Source of the DNA: an uncultured delta proteobacterium
GTDB taxonomy: Bacteria; Myxococcota_A; Polyangia; Polyangiales; B10-G4
Direction: 5' to 3'
Assembly: GCA_963727445.1 (NCBI GenBank)
Contig: CAVSGI010000006.1
Span: forward strand, 640,001 to 704,000
DNA length: 64,000 nucleotides
Shown here: one piece after another, positions 24,292-36,985 of the stretch
Position numbering within the stretch: the first letter of the stretch is position 1
How the letters are laid out: every line of letters begins with the position of its first letter
The notes under the pieces: model-generated
The model's input: only the letters and a program-made list of their open reading frames with translations
What the model was told of the DNA's origin: nothing
Database searches by the model: none
Translations under genes and position numbers: made by a program

Positions 24292-26182
24292 ACCGTCAAC
24301 CGCCGGTGATAGGTGAACCACTCGACGACCAGAATGGCGAGGGCGAAGAGCACGAGGTAGATCCAGAGCTCCTGGCGCACGCCGGCGCGGCCCGCCGTGG
24401 GCTCCTCGGCTCGCATGCCCGACACTTCGAGGACGTCCACTGGCTCGATGCGCGCCTCCTCGCCGGGGCCGAGGTTCGCGGCGAAGACGTCCTCGTGATC
24501 GCCGGCGCGCAGCGGTGTAGAAGCCGGCGCGGGTGCCCGCGTAGATGGCGCGGCCTTCGACGATGGGCACCTTCGCGCTCGCTCGCCGTCGGGGGCCACG
24601 ACGGTCGCGACTCGACTCGTCTGCGGGGACCGGGACGTGCCAGGTCTCGCCGGTCGCGGTAGCTGGAGACGTAGGCCGGTGTCCTCGCTGCACGAAGAAG
24701 TCGATGCAGTTGAGCAGCAGGAGCGGCCACGCGACGCGGAGCGGCAGGTCGCTCTGGCGGAGTCGAAGATGAAGCGACACGATGCGGTGGCCGTTGCGGG
24801 TGCCGGTGACGAGCAGCGGCGCTCCGTCGGAACCACCGATCACCCGGTCGCCCTCCTGGAGCTCGACCTCGAGCGCCTCGGCGATGTTCACGTCGCGGAG
24901 GGCGGTGAAGGCGCAGGAGCGGGTGGTTGCGCTCGAGGTGGTCGAAGAAGGGACTCTCGACGAGCCCCGTTCACCTCGAAGGGCTCGGTCCGCCCTTCGC
25001 CGACCAGGGGATAGAGATAGATGGCGTCGGCATCGGGCGGGCTCGCCGGCACGAAGGAGTCGAAGATCACCACGTCGTAGCGGCCGCTCGTCCGGGTACT
25101 CGCTGGGCGAGATCTCCGTCACGTCCAGGTACTCGTCGAGGAGCAGCGCGGCGGAGAGGTAGAGGTTGCCCGAGGTGACGGCGAGGACGCGGGCCCTGCG
25201 CCGCTCGGGCAGCCGTGCGTAGGCGTGGTCGTCGACGGGGAGGGCGTCGTGGGTTCCGTCGGCGAGGCTGAGCTGCGCTTCGAGGGTCTGGTCGGCGCCC
25301 GAGACGTTCTCGAAGAAGCGCCGCAGCCGCTCGCCGGGCCCGACGGTCAGTCGCTGAACGTCCAGCGGGCTCCCGTCCCCGAGGAGCGTCAGCTCCACCG
25401 CGTGCTCGTCCTCGGTGGGGTTGTAGAGCTCGACCAGGACCTCGCTCTGGCTCTTGTCGAGGGGGTAGCGGCGCACGGAAAAGGCGCTGATCGCGACGTT
25501 GCGCGAGGCCTCGCCGACCTTGGCGAAGGACAGGCGCACGCCGCTGTCCGAAAGCCGCTGCACCATCCCCGGCGCCGCTTCGACGCGCCCGTCGCTGATC
25601 ACCACCACCTCGGCCCCCGGCTCGTCGCGGAGCACGTCGAGGGCGAAGCGCAGCCCGCGCCGCCAGATCGGCCGAGACGTCCACCGCTTCGATCTCGTTC
25701 AGCGACTCTTCGAGGACGCGTTGGTCGGAGGACAGCGGGCTCACCGGCGTGGTGGTGGCGTCCATCTGCGCGACGATCATCCGGTCTGCGGGGCCCAGGC
25801 CCTCGATCAGCTCGCGGGCGCGCTCACGGGCGGCCTCGATGCGGCTGCCGGCTTCGGTATCGGTGGCCTGCATGGAGGCGCTGGCGTCGACGAGCAGCGC
25901 GATGGTGCGACCCGAGGCGGTGGCGCCTTCGTAGCGCGGGTCGCCGAGGGCGAAGGCGAGGCCGGCGACGATGGCGAGGGCGATCAGGAGCGAGAGGATC
26001 CGCTTGAGCTGCGAGAAGAGACGAGTCGTCTGCTTCTCGGCGAGCACGTGCTCCCAGAGCTTGACGAAGGGCACCGTGACCTGGCGCCTTCGGAGCTTGA
26101 GCAGGTACAGCACGACCACGGCGGCCGCGAAGCCGCCGAAGACCGTGAGCACCTGCGTCAGCGTGAGTCCGGTGAGCTCCAT
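24288..26182 (-). CDS. BatA-like N-terminal domain plus VWA protein (frameshifted)
   Basis: VVLYLLKLRRR..TVP..LW, LLVDASASM.A.D, ISDG, C-terminal ELW...L..EW. Confidence 0.85.
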
Positions 26183-26240
26183 CTCAGTTCATCTGGGTCG
26201 GTCGACCGAGTACGGGGCGGGGTGGGCGGGGCGATCCAAT

Positions 26241-27186
26241 TCAAGCCACCATCATTCCGCGCCGCAGGATGCGGAGGATGGCCTCGTCGAAGGGGACCTG
26301 GGTCTCGAGCGCGAAGTAGGGCACCTGCTTGTCGCCGCAGAAGTCCTCGATCGCTTTCGGTACTCTGCGTGCGCGGCCGCGTAGCTTCTCGAGGACGCGC
26401 GCGTGATCGTCACCTCGCGGGCTTCGCCGGTCTCGTGGTCGACGAGACGCACGTCGCCGTGCAGCGGCGGGCGCACCTCCACCGGGTCGAAGACCTGCAG
26501 CACGTAGGGCTCGAACTTCGCGTAGCGAAGCGGTTGATGCCCTCCTTGAAGCCCTCGGGGTCGTAGAGGTCGCTGATCAGGATGGCGACGCCGCGCCGCT
26601 TGTTCTGCGCGACGAAGGTACGCATCGCGTCGGCGAGGCCGGTCTGTCCGTCGGCCTCGAGGGGCGCGAGGAAGCGGAAGACCTTGAAGATGCGGTTCTT
26701 GCCGCGCGTCGGCGCGAGGCGTCCGGCCATGCCGTCGTCGAAGGAAAGGACGCTCGACGCGGTCGAGGTTCGCGAGCGCGATGTAGGCGAGGGCGGCGGC
26801 GAGCGCTTGGCGTAGTCGAGCTTCGGCGGTGAGCCGAAGCTCATCGAACGCGAGCAGTCGACGAGGACGTAGACCGAGAGATCCTCCTCTTCCTCGTAGA
26901 GGCGCAGGAGCAGCCGGCCGTGGCGCTGGTAGACGTTCCAGTCGAGGTAGCGGAAGTCGTCGCCGGGCGCGTACTGGCGGTGGTCGGCGAACTCGATGCC
27001 GCTGCCCGTCTTCTTCGAGCGGCGCTCGGCGCGCGTGCGGCCCGCGTACGAGCTCGGCGCGAGACGATGGCGAGGTACTCGAGCCGGCGCTGGAACTCCT
27101 CGTCGAAGAGGTCGTCGCCCGCCTCGGCTCGCGGCGGCCGGGCTCTTGCTGCGCTCGCGCGACTTCAGCGAAGCCGAACACGGGCA

Positions 27187-27187
<1 letters not shown>
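26241..27187 (-). CDS. DUF58 protein (heavily frameshifted)
   Basis: [47 protein letters not shown]. Confidence 0.85.
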
Positions 27188-28204
<1,017 letters not shown>

Positions 28205-28208
<4 letters not shown>

Positions 28209-30268
28209 TCGTCAGTCGCTCCGGCTCGCTGTCTGGTCTGCGTCGCGCCTTCGTCACCCTCCGTCCCGAGCGGGGCCGGATCAGCTGGAAGTAGCGGCGC
28301 ACGTAGAAGCGGTAGCCGGGCGGGACTTCGTCCTGCTCGAGCACCTCCTCGGCGTGGCCGGAGTAGTCGGTGTAGACGTCGCTGGTAGTCGCGCGCGGCG
28401 AAGCCGCGCTGCGCGGAGCCGAGGATCACCTCGCTGCGGCTCGGCCCCCGGCTGTTGCTCGCCTTCGACCCGCACGTCTGCGGTGGTCGCCGCCGAGGCG
28501 CGTCGGGTCGTCGAGCATCGTCGGGTCGTGGCCGACGCCGGCGCCCGGGCCCATGCTGCGCCTGCCCCGCGCCCTGCCGCCCTGGCCCTGGTCCCCTGGC
28601 CCATGCCGGGAGCTCCAGCATCGCTGCTGCCCTGGCCCTGGCCGCCGAGCTGCAGCACGCTGTTGTCCTGTGCCTTCGCCCTGACCCTTCTGCCCCTGGC
28701 CCTGTCCCTGGCCGCCGCCGGCCTGACCCTGCTGGCCCTGCCCTGCTGCCCTGTCCCTGGCCTTGGCCCTGCTGGCCCTGACCCTGGCCTTGCTGGCCTT
28801 GCCCCTGGCCCTGCTGTCCGGGCCCGACGATGGGCATCCCCTGTCCATCGCCCTGACCCTGCGCGCGCAGGACGAAGCGATCCATCCGTCCCTGACCCTG
28901 ACCCTGTCCCTGACCCTGACCCTGGCCGTTCTGCTGTTGTTGTTGCTGGCGCCGCAGCATCTCGCGCAGCTGTCGCAGCTGCTCGGTCATCTGCCGGAGT
29001 TGCTCCTCCGACATCTGCTGGCGCGCCATGCGGTTCAAGTCGTCAGCGCCGCGCTCCATCGCGTCCGCCGCATCCTGCTGGCCGCCATCGCGGTTGAGGT
29101 CCTCCGCCGACTGACCGAGCTCGCGCTGCAGGCGCTCGAGCTCGCGGCGCGCCTGCTCGTACTGCTCCTGCTGGCGACGTAGGCGCTCGAGCTCGCGGCG
29201 CTGGCGATTGAGCAGCCGTCGCTCGCGCTCGTTCAGCCCCTGCTTTTCGCGCTCGCGCTGGAGCAGGCGATTCATCTGCTCCTCGCGCTCCTGGATCTCC
29301 TGCTCGTGATTCTCCTGCTGCGCCTCGCTGGCTCGCTGAAGCGCGTCGCGAAGGCGCTGTAGCTCCGCGCGGTCCGGCGGGTTTTCGCGGAGCTGGGCCG
29401 CGAGCTCGCGGAGCGCCTGCTCGGCTGCGCCGGGGTCGGCGTCGCGGAGGGCTTCCGAGGCGGCGCGGGTCAGCTCCGAGCGGCGGAGCTCGTCGCCCAG
29501 CTGTCGAAGCGCGTCCTCGAGCGCCTGCGCATCGGCGCGCCGGCCCTGGGACATCCGACTCTCGAGCTCACGGATCCGCCGCAAGGCCTCGGTGCGATCG
29601 AGTCGGCGATCGGCGAGGTCTTCGACGAGCTGATTGAAGCGCCGGGCCGCGTCGCGGACCTCCTCGCTGCTCTCCGGGTCGCGCACCAGGTCGTCGAGGC
29701 CTTCCCCGAAGGCCGAGAGGTCGTCGGGGTGCATGAGCAGCGGCGTGAGCGAGTGGGCGGCGGCGACAGGGACGCGCTCCGGGACCTCGAGGGAAGCCAC
29801 CAGCGCCACCAACACACAGAGGCCGCTGGCCGGGACGAGGTGCGGCGGTTTGCGATAGGGGAAGGCCTTCTTCGGGGAGAGGTCGCTCGCGCTCCGGGCG
29901 GCGTCGTCGATGGCGGCGTTCTGGAACTCCGTGCGCGCGTCGCTCGGGATCTCTGCGAACTCGAGGGCGCTCGCGATGCGTGAGTGCAGGCCGTGGCTGC
30001 GATCGAGGAGCTGCGCGCCGACCAGGCGACGCAGGGGCAGGGCGGCGCCGAGCGCCGCGCCGAGGACCGGGACGAGGCCCGCGCCGACCAGGAACAGTCG
30101 GCCATCCGCCGCGGGGAGCAGCCCCGCCTTGATGGCGCCGAGCACCATCGCGCCGAGGGCGAGCCCCACCAGCGCGAAGAGGAGGCCAGCGTCGAGGGCC
30201 CGCTCGATCCGCACGCGGCGCCGCACCCGAGCGACCTGATCCCGGATCGGGCGGAGATCGCTGCTCAT
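28205..30268 (-). CDS. Membrane-anchored coiled-coil protein with Gln-Gly repeats (MoxR operon partner; frameshifted, end approximate)
   Basis: N-terminal TM helices, Gln-rich coiled coil, (GQ)n tracts at ~28560-28950, C-terminal VPPGYR.YVRRYF. Confidence 0.8.
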
Positions 30269-30315
30269 GCGCCTCTCGGGCCAAAGCACTGGATGGGGAG
30301 ACTCATGCTCGTGAG

Positions 30316-30343
30316 TAGACGATGGGGGTCCTTCGAAGTTTCC
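30316..30343 (-). promoter_or_regulatory. Possible ECF-sigma promoter of the MoxR operon
   Basis: Minus strand GGAAAC-N16-CGTCTA, about 50 bp before the ATG. Confidence 0.45.
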
Positions 30344-30462
30344 GCAATCTATCGCCGGGGCGCGCGACCGACGTCTGAACAATTGTGGACCACTCGTCCT
30401 TCCAACGCCTTTGTCGGCCTCCGATTCGGCTAATTTGTGGGGCCCTCGGGTCTTCGGGGGGC

Positions 30463-31701
30463 TCAGAAGAGGCTTTCGGCTGCGCCGCGAGGGGCGCCGA
30501 AAGGGATCGCCAGCAGCTCCTGGCCCTTCGAAAAGCGGGCCTCGTCGCCCGGGAGGAGCACCAGCGCCTCGGCGTGGGCCACCGAAGGCAGGGCGCCCGA
30601 GCCCTGGTGGGTGGCGAGGGTGGCCCAGGTCCCTTCGGGGCTGAGGGTGAGTTGGGCGCGCGCCAGCTCCGGCCGGCCGGGCTTGTGCCGGTGGTCGTGC
30701 GCGAGACGGACCCGCAGGGGCGCAGGGTGTGGGGTCGGGTCACCGAGCATGCGACGCAGGCCGGGCAGGACGAAGACGGTGAAGGTCACCATGGCGCTGA
30801 CGGGGTTGCCCGGGAGGCCGACGAAAGGGGTCGTGCCGTGGCGCCCGAAGGTCAGGGGCTTGCCCGGTTTGATCCGTACCTTCCAGAAATCGGCGGCGAT
30901 TCCCACGCGCTCGAGCGCGTCCTTCACGTGGTCGTGATCGCCGACGGAGACGCCGCCGGTCGTGAGGACCAGGTCGGCCTCGAGGGCGAGCCTCAGGCGG
31001 GCCACCGTCGCTTCGAGGTCGTCGCCGACGCGGGGCAGCACCCAGGGCACGCCGCCCGCCTCGCGGATCTGCGCCGCGAGGGCGTAGCGATTGGAGTCGA
31101 CGATGGTGCCGGGGGTGGGGGGCGCTTCGAGGTCGCGGAGCTCGTCGCCCGTGCAGACGATGGCGACGCGTGGACGGCGGTGGACGAGGAGGGCGCCGAT
31201 GCCCTGGCTCGCGAGGAGGCCGATGGTGCCTGGCGTCACGCGATGGCCGGCGGTCAGAAGCACGTCCCCTGCACGGGTGTCCTCGCCCCGGGCGCGCACG
31301 TGATGGCCCGAGGGGGCGGGGAAGCGGAGGTGTACGCGCTCGCCGTCGCGTTCGGCGTCCTCCTGGACCACCACGGCGTCGGCGCCTTCGGGCAGCGGCG
31401 CGCCCGTGAAGATCCGCATCGCCTGGCCCGCTTCGAGACGCGCGATGGGTGGGCTGCCGGCCTTGGACTCGCCCACGACCGGGAGGGTCACGGGGTTGTC
31501 GGCGCTGGCGCTCTGGACGTCTTCGGCGCGAACGGCGTAGCCGTCCATCGCGCTGTTCGAAAAGGGCGGCGCGTCCTCACGCGCTTGGATGTCGCGCGCC
31601 ACGAAGCGGCCGGCCGCCTCTTGCAGCGGGACCTCCTCGGCCGAGAGCGGCGCGAAGGCGGCGAGGATGCGGTCCTGGGCTTGCCTGATCTCGAGCATCA
31701 T
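30463..31701 (-). CDS. moeA: Molybdopterin molybdotransferase MoeA
   Basis: PPFSNSAMDGYAV, RIFTGAPLPEGADAVV.QE, TGDEL, TTGGVSVGD.D, KPGKP, GLPGNPVS. Confidence 0.96.
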   Translation of the reverse strand: MMLEIRQAQDRILAAFAPLSAEEVPLQEAAGRFVARDIQAREDAPPFSNSAMDGYAVRAEDVQSASADNPVTLPVVGESKAGSPPIARLEAGQAMRIFTGAPLPEGADAVVVQEDAERDGERVHLRFPAPSGHHVRARGEDTRAGDVLLTAGHRVTPGTIGLLASQGIGALLVHRRPRVAIVCTGDELRDLEAPPTPGTIVDSNRYALAAQIREAGGVPWVLPRVGDDLEATVARLRLALEADLVLTTGGVSVGDHDHVKDALERVGIAADFWKVRIKPGKPLTFGRHGTTPFVGLPGNPVSAMVTFTVFVLPGLRRMLGDPTPHPAPLRVRLAHDHRHKPGRPELARAQLTLSPEGTWATLATHQGSGALPSVAHAEALVLLPGDEARFSKGQELLAIPFGAPRGAAESLF

Positions 31702-32938
31702 CCGCCGCTGACGGCTGCTTCGGCATCCGCCGAGGGCGGCGTCGCGTCGTCGAGGTCGTCGAGGTAGCCGTCCGGGAGCGAGACCTTCTGCGTGCCCGCG
31801 GTCTTGCCGCGCGGCACGCGCATCGCATCCGGGGAAATTCGAGCGCGCGATCGACATCGGCCAGCGCGGCCTTCACGTCGGCAGCGGTCTCCACCTTCAT
31901 CAGCTTCTGGCGGAGCGCGGCGCCCCCGCGGAAGCCCTTGGTGTACCAGGTCGCGTGGCGTCGGAAGCCGCGAATGCCCATGCGAGGGCCGAACCAATCC
32001 TCGAGGCGTTGGCTGTGCTCGACCATCACGTCGGCGACCTCGCCGAGGCGGGGCGGATCGTCGGGCTCGTGTCCGTCGAAGACCGCGGTGAGGTCGCGAA
32101 AGAGCCACGGGCGACCGAGGCAACCGCGTCCCACCACCACGCCGTCACAGCCGGTGGTGCGCATCATGCGCAGCGCGTCCCAACCCTCCCAGATGTCGCC
32201 GTTGCCGAGCACCGGGATGGTGCGCACGGCTTCCTTGAGCGCGGCGATGGCGGACCAATCGGCGTGGCCGTCGTAGAGCTGCGCGGCGGTGCGGGCGTGC
32301 AGAGCGACCGCCTTCACGCCTTCGCCTTCACCGATGCGGCCGGCCTCGAGATAGGTCAACAGCGAGTCGTCGATGCCCATGCGGAACTTGATGGTCACCG
32401 GGACGTCGCCGGCGTTCCTGACGGCGGCGCGGACGATGGCGCGCAGGAGCTGGCGCTTGACCGGAATGGCGGCACCGCCGCCCTTGCGGGTGACCTTCCG
32501 AACGGGGCAGCCGAAGTTCATGTCGATGTGATCGACCCGACCTTCGCCGACCAGACGCTTCACGGCCTCGCCGGTGTAGTGCGGGTCGGTGGCGTAGAGC
32601 TGAAGGCTGCGCGGGCTCTCGTCGGGTCCGAAGTCGGCGAGCTTCAGCGTCTTTTCGTTTTCGTAGACCAGGGCGCGCGCAGTGATCATCTCCGAGACGT
32701 ACAGGCCTTCACAGGACCAGTGCGCGCTCGCCACGGCAGGCGCCGCCGACGCGTCCTCGCCACGCCGCGCGCCGAAGCGGCGGCAGAGCTTGCGGAAGGG
32801 GTAGTTGGTCACCGCCGCCATCGGGGCGAGCACCACGGGCGGCCAAACCGAGAGCGGCCCGATCTCCACCGGACGAAACTCTCCCGCCCGCGCCACCGGC
32901 ACGTCCCGATTCAGCTCGCTCTTGTATTCCTCGCGCAC
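31698..32938 (-). CDS. dusB: tRNA-dihydrouridine synthase DusB-like (one frameshift near the 3' end; start approximate)
   Basis: LAPMAAVTN, IDMNFGCPV.KV...GGG, VTIKFRMG, LHART, LGNGDI, GRGCLGRPW. Confidence 0.9.
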
Positions 32939-33146
32939 GGCTCGCGCACAGATAGCACCCCTGCCGTGACTGTGCCCGCGCCGCTCGCTGGGGAGATCGG
33001 CGGCCGAGGGTGTGGAGGGGATGGCGTGCGGAAAGCGCTCCTCTGCCCTTGGCGATGGGAGGCCGCGTGGGTTTGCCGTGGCCGCTTCGCGGCCTCTGTC
33101 CGGCGCGGGGCGCCGGCCGCGCGTTGGGCACGCCGAGGTCGAGACA

Positions 33147-33299
33147 CGGTCACAAGTCGCGACGTCGCCCGCAACACGGCGAGAAGTGACCGCGATGCGG
33201 TCACAAGTCGCGCCGTCGCCCACAACGCGGCGAGAAGTGACCGCGACGCGGTCACAAGTCGCGCCGTCGACCACGACATGGCGAGAAGTGACCGCTCGC
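33147..33299. repeat. Tandem array of 3 x 51-bp palindromic units
   Basis: Units start at 33147, 33198 and 33249: cggtcacaagtcgcg...ggcgagaagtgaccgc; junction hairpins gtgaccgc-N3-gcggtcac. Confidence 0.9.
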
Positions 33300-33675
33300 G
33301 CAACAGGCCACGTGGCCTGCGCAACCTTCGTTCACCTGAGGGGCGTTCCCTCCCCATCCGCGGCAGCACCCCGCCGCGAAGCGGCGGCCACAGAGGCGCC
33401 GCAGGCGTCGCGGCCCGAGGCGTCGCCCGCACCCCACCGTCGCCATCGGCCCGAGCCGCTCCCCGGGCCCATCCATGCGCTTCTCCGTTCCACGCCGTCG
33501 CCCACGATCCGCCCGCCCGACATCCTCCGCTCCCGAACGGCCCCCACCTCCGCCCCTCAGCCAAAGCCGTTCACCACGACGTTGCCCATCACCACGAGCG
33601 AACGAACCACCGGCCGACCGCCCGGAGGCCGGGAGACCCCGGGTTGCGTCGCTTCGTGTTTGCTCGCGGCGCCGC

Positions 33676-35796
33676 TCAGCCGCGCGCGGGGTCCGCGGTC
33701 GGCGCCGACGCTGCGGGATCCTCGCGGGTCACGGACGCGGCGTCCGTGTCTGCGTGAGACCCGGCGTCCTCGTGCGAGTCCGAGGCTTCGTCCGAATCGT
33801 CCGAGTCAGTCGCCGACTCCGAATCCGTCCCTGCGTCGGTCTCCGACTCGGAATCGGTCCCGGCCTCCGCGTCCGCCTCCGAATCCGCCTCGGCCTCCGG
33901 CTCCATCCCCTCGCCCGCGGTCGCATGCGAGGCCGCCGCCTCCGTTCCGTCGCCGTCGTCGCGCACGGCGGGGCGGGGCGCTGGCGGGGTCTCGCCCCAG
34001 GCGATGGCGCGCTCACGTTCCCGCGCGTCTGCAGCCCGCACGGCCGCGGCGGGGGCGTTTGCACGTGCGGTGTAGACGACAATCTGTTCGCCGGCGTGCA
34101 GCGTGGTGTCGCGCGCGAAGCGGTTGATGCGGCAGAGCGAGCCCACCGAGAGGTCGAAGCGGCTCGCGATGCCGGTGAGGGTGTCGCCTTCGCGGATCGT
34201 GTAGCGGAAGCGCACGCGGCCCTGCGAGGTCTCGTGGTGGTCGAGGAACTCCTCCGAGCCGACCACCATCACGCGGACGTCGTCTTCGGTCAGCACCAGC
34301 GCCTCGGAGAGGTCGACATCGTCCCGCGCGAAGACCTGCAGCACCAGGCCCTGGGGCAGGGTGGAGCGGACGTCGACGTGGTTCCAGCGCCGGAGCTCGT
34401 CGACGCTCACGTGAAAGAAGGCGCCCACCTCCGCCGCGGTCTCGGTGCCCGTCGTTCGGTAGAAGACGCGCCGGCGACCCTCGGGGGGCGTGAGGTCCGA
34501 AGGCACGGCCACCACCGGCCGCTCGTCCTCGCGACCGCCGTCGCGGGGCTCCACCGCCGGGACCATCATGCGGAAGCCGGGGCCTGCGTCCTGATCCTCG
34601 GCGAGCTCGTTGAGCGTGCGGAGCGCGCTCTCGCTCGTGCGGAAGCGATGCGCGATGCTCGCCAGCGTCTCACCGAAGCGCACGACGTACGGGCGGTGCG
34701 CGGGGTTGCGCGGCCGTGCGCGCGACCAGGCGCGGGCGAAGCGCTCGGCGCTCCCGGCGGGGATGCGCACGCTGCGCGTTTCTCCGGGCGGCACGCGGTT
34801 GCGCCGCAGCGACGGGTTCAGCTCTGCGACCTCTTCCGTGCTCACCCCCGCAGCGCGCGCGATCTGCGGCAGCGTGGCGCCACCGGGGACGTCGACGCGA
34901 TCGAAGCTCAGCGGCTCGCCCTCGATGTCGGTGAAGCCGAAGCGCTCGGGGTTTCTCCCGACGATGGCGCAGGCCATGACCTTGGCGACGTAGAAGGTGG
35001 TCTCGAAGGGCAGGCCCGCCTCGAGTTGAGTCAGCACCCAATAGTCGTTGGTGTTGTACTTGCGCATCGCCCGGAGGAGCGCGCCGTAGCCCATGTTGTA
35101 GGCGGCGAAGGCGAGCTCCCAGCTCCCGAAGCGGTGCGAGAGGTCGGCCAGATAGCGCGCGCCGGCGTCGGTGGAGCGCTCCGGATCGCGCCGCTGGTCA
35201 ATCCAGTGGTTCACCTCGAGGCCGTACTCCTCGCCCGTCGCCCGCACGAACTGCCACATCCCGACGGCCGCCGCGTGAGAGCGCGCCGTCGGGTCGTAGC
35301 CGCTCTCGGTCATCGCGAGGTAGCTCAGGTCCTCCGGCAGCCCGAGGGCGCGCAAGCGCTCGCGCACCATCGGCCCCCAGCGACGCTCTCGCCGCAGCCA
35401 CGCCGCCATGATGTTCCGGCCGCGCGGGTCCTCCTTGTAGAAGTGCAGGTAGCGCACCACCTGGTCATCCCAGCGGATGGGGATGTCCGGCAGCGACAGG
35501 CCGCGGAGGAACTCGAGGTCAGGCGCCGAGCGCTCGTCCCCCGAGACCGAGGGCGCCGAGGAGGTGAGGGAGTCGGGGGGCTGACCGAGGACCAGCCACG
35601 GCGCCTCGCTCGCGTCCACCAGGCTGCGGCCCTGTCGAAACATCGCCTCCTCGGCCAGGCGCAGGGCCCGGAGCTCCTCGGACTCGGCCTCCGGATCTCC
35701 CGTGACGTCCTCCTGCGCCTGCGCGATCCGCGGCAGGGCGACGAGGACGAGCACCAGGGCCCAGAGCGCCGGAGCGAGCCGCCGAGCACACGTCAT
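33676..35796 (-). CDS. MltD-like lytic transglycosylase with LysM domains
   Basis: LPEDLSYLAMTESGYDP.ARS.A.AVGMWQF, AAYNMG, LPFET..YV; LysM repeats; acidic C-terminal tail. Confidence 0.93.
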   Translation of the reverse strand: MTCARRLAPALWALVLVLVALPRIAQAQEDVTGDPEAESEELRALRLAEEAMFRQGRSLVDASEAPWLVLGQPPDSLTSSAPSVSGDERSAPDLEFLRGLSLPDIPIRWDDQVVRYLHFYKEDPRGRNIMAAWLRRERRWGPMVRERLRALGLPEDLSYLAMTESGYDPTARSHAAAVGMWQFVRATGEEYGLEVNHWIDQRRDPERSTDAGARYLADLSHRFGSWELAFAAYNMGYGALLRAMRKYNTNDYWVLTQLEAGLPFETTFYVAKVMACAIVGRNPERFGFTDIEGEPLSFDRVDVPGGATLPQIARAAGVSTEEVAELNPSLRRNRVPPGETRSVRIPAGSAERFARAWSRARPRNPAHRPYVVRFGETLASIAHRFRTSESALRTLNELAEDQDAGPGFRMMVPAVEPRDGGREDERPVVAVPSDLTPPEGRRRVFYRTTGTETAAEVGAFFHVSVDELRRWNHVDVRSTLPQGLVLQVFARDDVDLSEALVLTEDDVRVMVVGSEEFLDHHETSQGRVRFRYTIREGDTLTGIASRFDLSVGSLCRINRFARDTTLHAGEQIVVYTARANAPAAAVRAADARERERAIAWGETPPAPRPAVRDDGDGTEAAASHATAGEGMEPEAEADSEADAEAGTDSESETDAGTDSESATDSDDSDEASDSHEDAGSHADTDAASVTREDPAASAPTADPARG

Positions 35797-35881
35797 CGCC
35801 CGAAGCGTAGCGGGCGGGGCGGGGCCCGGCTAGAAAGGGGCTCGAAATGCCCCTCGCCCTCGTTCTACCCTTCGAACGCCC

Positions 35882-36985
35882 ATGCACCGTGGCGTTCTAG
35901 AGTTCGTTCGTTGGGTCGAGGCCCATCGTGATCAAGAAGGGATGGCGATCAACGCGCCGGCCGGATCCGCGGACATCGCGGCCCTCGAACACCAGCTCGG
36001 CGTGCCCCTGCCCGCCGACCTGCGCTTCGTGCTGTCGCGCTTCAACGGAGGCACGCTCCCCAGCGGCCAGCTGTTGGTCGCGGGTGTGGGGCCGGGGACC
36101 ATCGAGGCCGCCGTGCGTTCCTTCGCGGAGGACGTGGAGGCGGACTTCCTCGATCCCGAGCTGCTGCTCCCCTTCCACCGCACGACCGAGGGGAGCCTGC
36201 TCTGTTTCGATCGCAGCGCGGGGCCGGTGTCCGACACCTGGCCGGTGGTCGACTACTACGAGGACACCGGTGAGGTGCGCATCGTCTACCGCACCTTCGA
36301 TGGGTGGTGTCGCAACTGCGTCGCGGAGTGGGACTCGCCCGACTTCCAGGAGGAGTTCAGCCTCGACAAGTATCTGCGGCAGGGACAGCGCCACGTCGAG
36401 ATCGAGCCCGACGTGAGCACGGCGCACGCCACCGTCGCCCACGCCCTGAGGCGCGCGGGGCGTCCGGAGGCCGCGATGCAGGCGTACCTCAGAGCGGCGC
36501 GCTGCGTGCCGCCGCTGCCGTGGTGCGATTGGGAGGCGCTGAAGATCGCCGTCTTGATCGACCGGCCCGTCGAGGCCCTGGAGGCCGCGCAGCGGCTCTC
36601 TTCACGCGCCCCCATCGAGCGATGGGAGGAGCGGGAGACCAGCCCCGGACGCGTGGCGGACGTGATCGCGCGCATCGCCGCGCGCTCCGCCGAGAACAAG
36701 AGCTGGGTGCGTATCCTCGATGCGCTGGTGGAGCAGGCCACCGACGACGAGGACCACGCGCAGGCCCATGCGGTGCGGCGCGCGGTGCTGCACGGCGAGC
36801 CTCTTCCGCCGCCGCGACATTTTCGCGAATCGGTCATTCCGGTCGAGGCGACCTGGGAGCAGGCGCGCGAGGCCTACGTGAACGGGCAGCTGCGGGACGA
36901 CGACATGCTCCTCGATCCCGAGCTGCGTCCGCTCTTCGAGGCGAACGACCCCGCCGAGCTGTTGGCCATCCGCCGGGACTTCTGA
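35882..36985 (+). CDS. SMI1/KNR4-family protein with TPR-like C-terminus
   Basis: IAALEHQLGVPLPADLRFVL..FNGG, LCFD, F.GW; helical repeat C-terminus. Confidence 0.8.
   Translation: MHRGVLEFVRWVEAHRDQEGMAINAPAGSADIAALEHQLGVPLPADLRFVLSRFNGGTLPSGQLLVAGVGPGTIEAAVRSFAEDVEADFLDPELLLPFHRTTEGSLLCFDRSAGPVSDTWPVVDYYEDTGEVRIVYRTFDGWCRNCVAEWDSPDFQEEFSLDKYLRQGQRHVEIEPDVSTAHATVAHALRRAGRPEAAMQAYLRAARCVPPLPWCDWEALKIAVLIDRPVEALEAAQRLSSRAPIERWEERETSPGRVADVIARIAARSAENKSWVRILDALVEQATDDEDHAQAHAVRRAVLHGEPLPPPRHFRESVIPVEATWEQAREAYVNGQLRDDDMLLDPELRPLFEANDPAELLAIRRDF

Noticed and set aside
33147..33299. CRISPR array
   Set aside because: Only three units, the 16-bp variable parts are similar to each other rather than unique, and there are no cas genes in the window
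32940..33675. Protein-coding gene in the dusB-mltD gap
   Set aside because: All frames give low-complexity translations without codon bias or recognisable motifs
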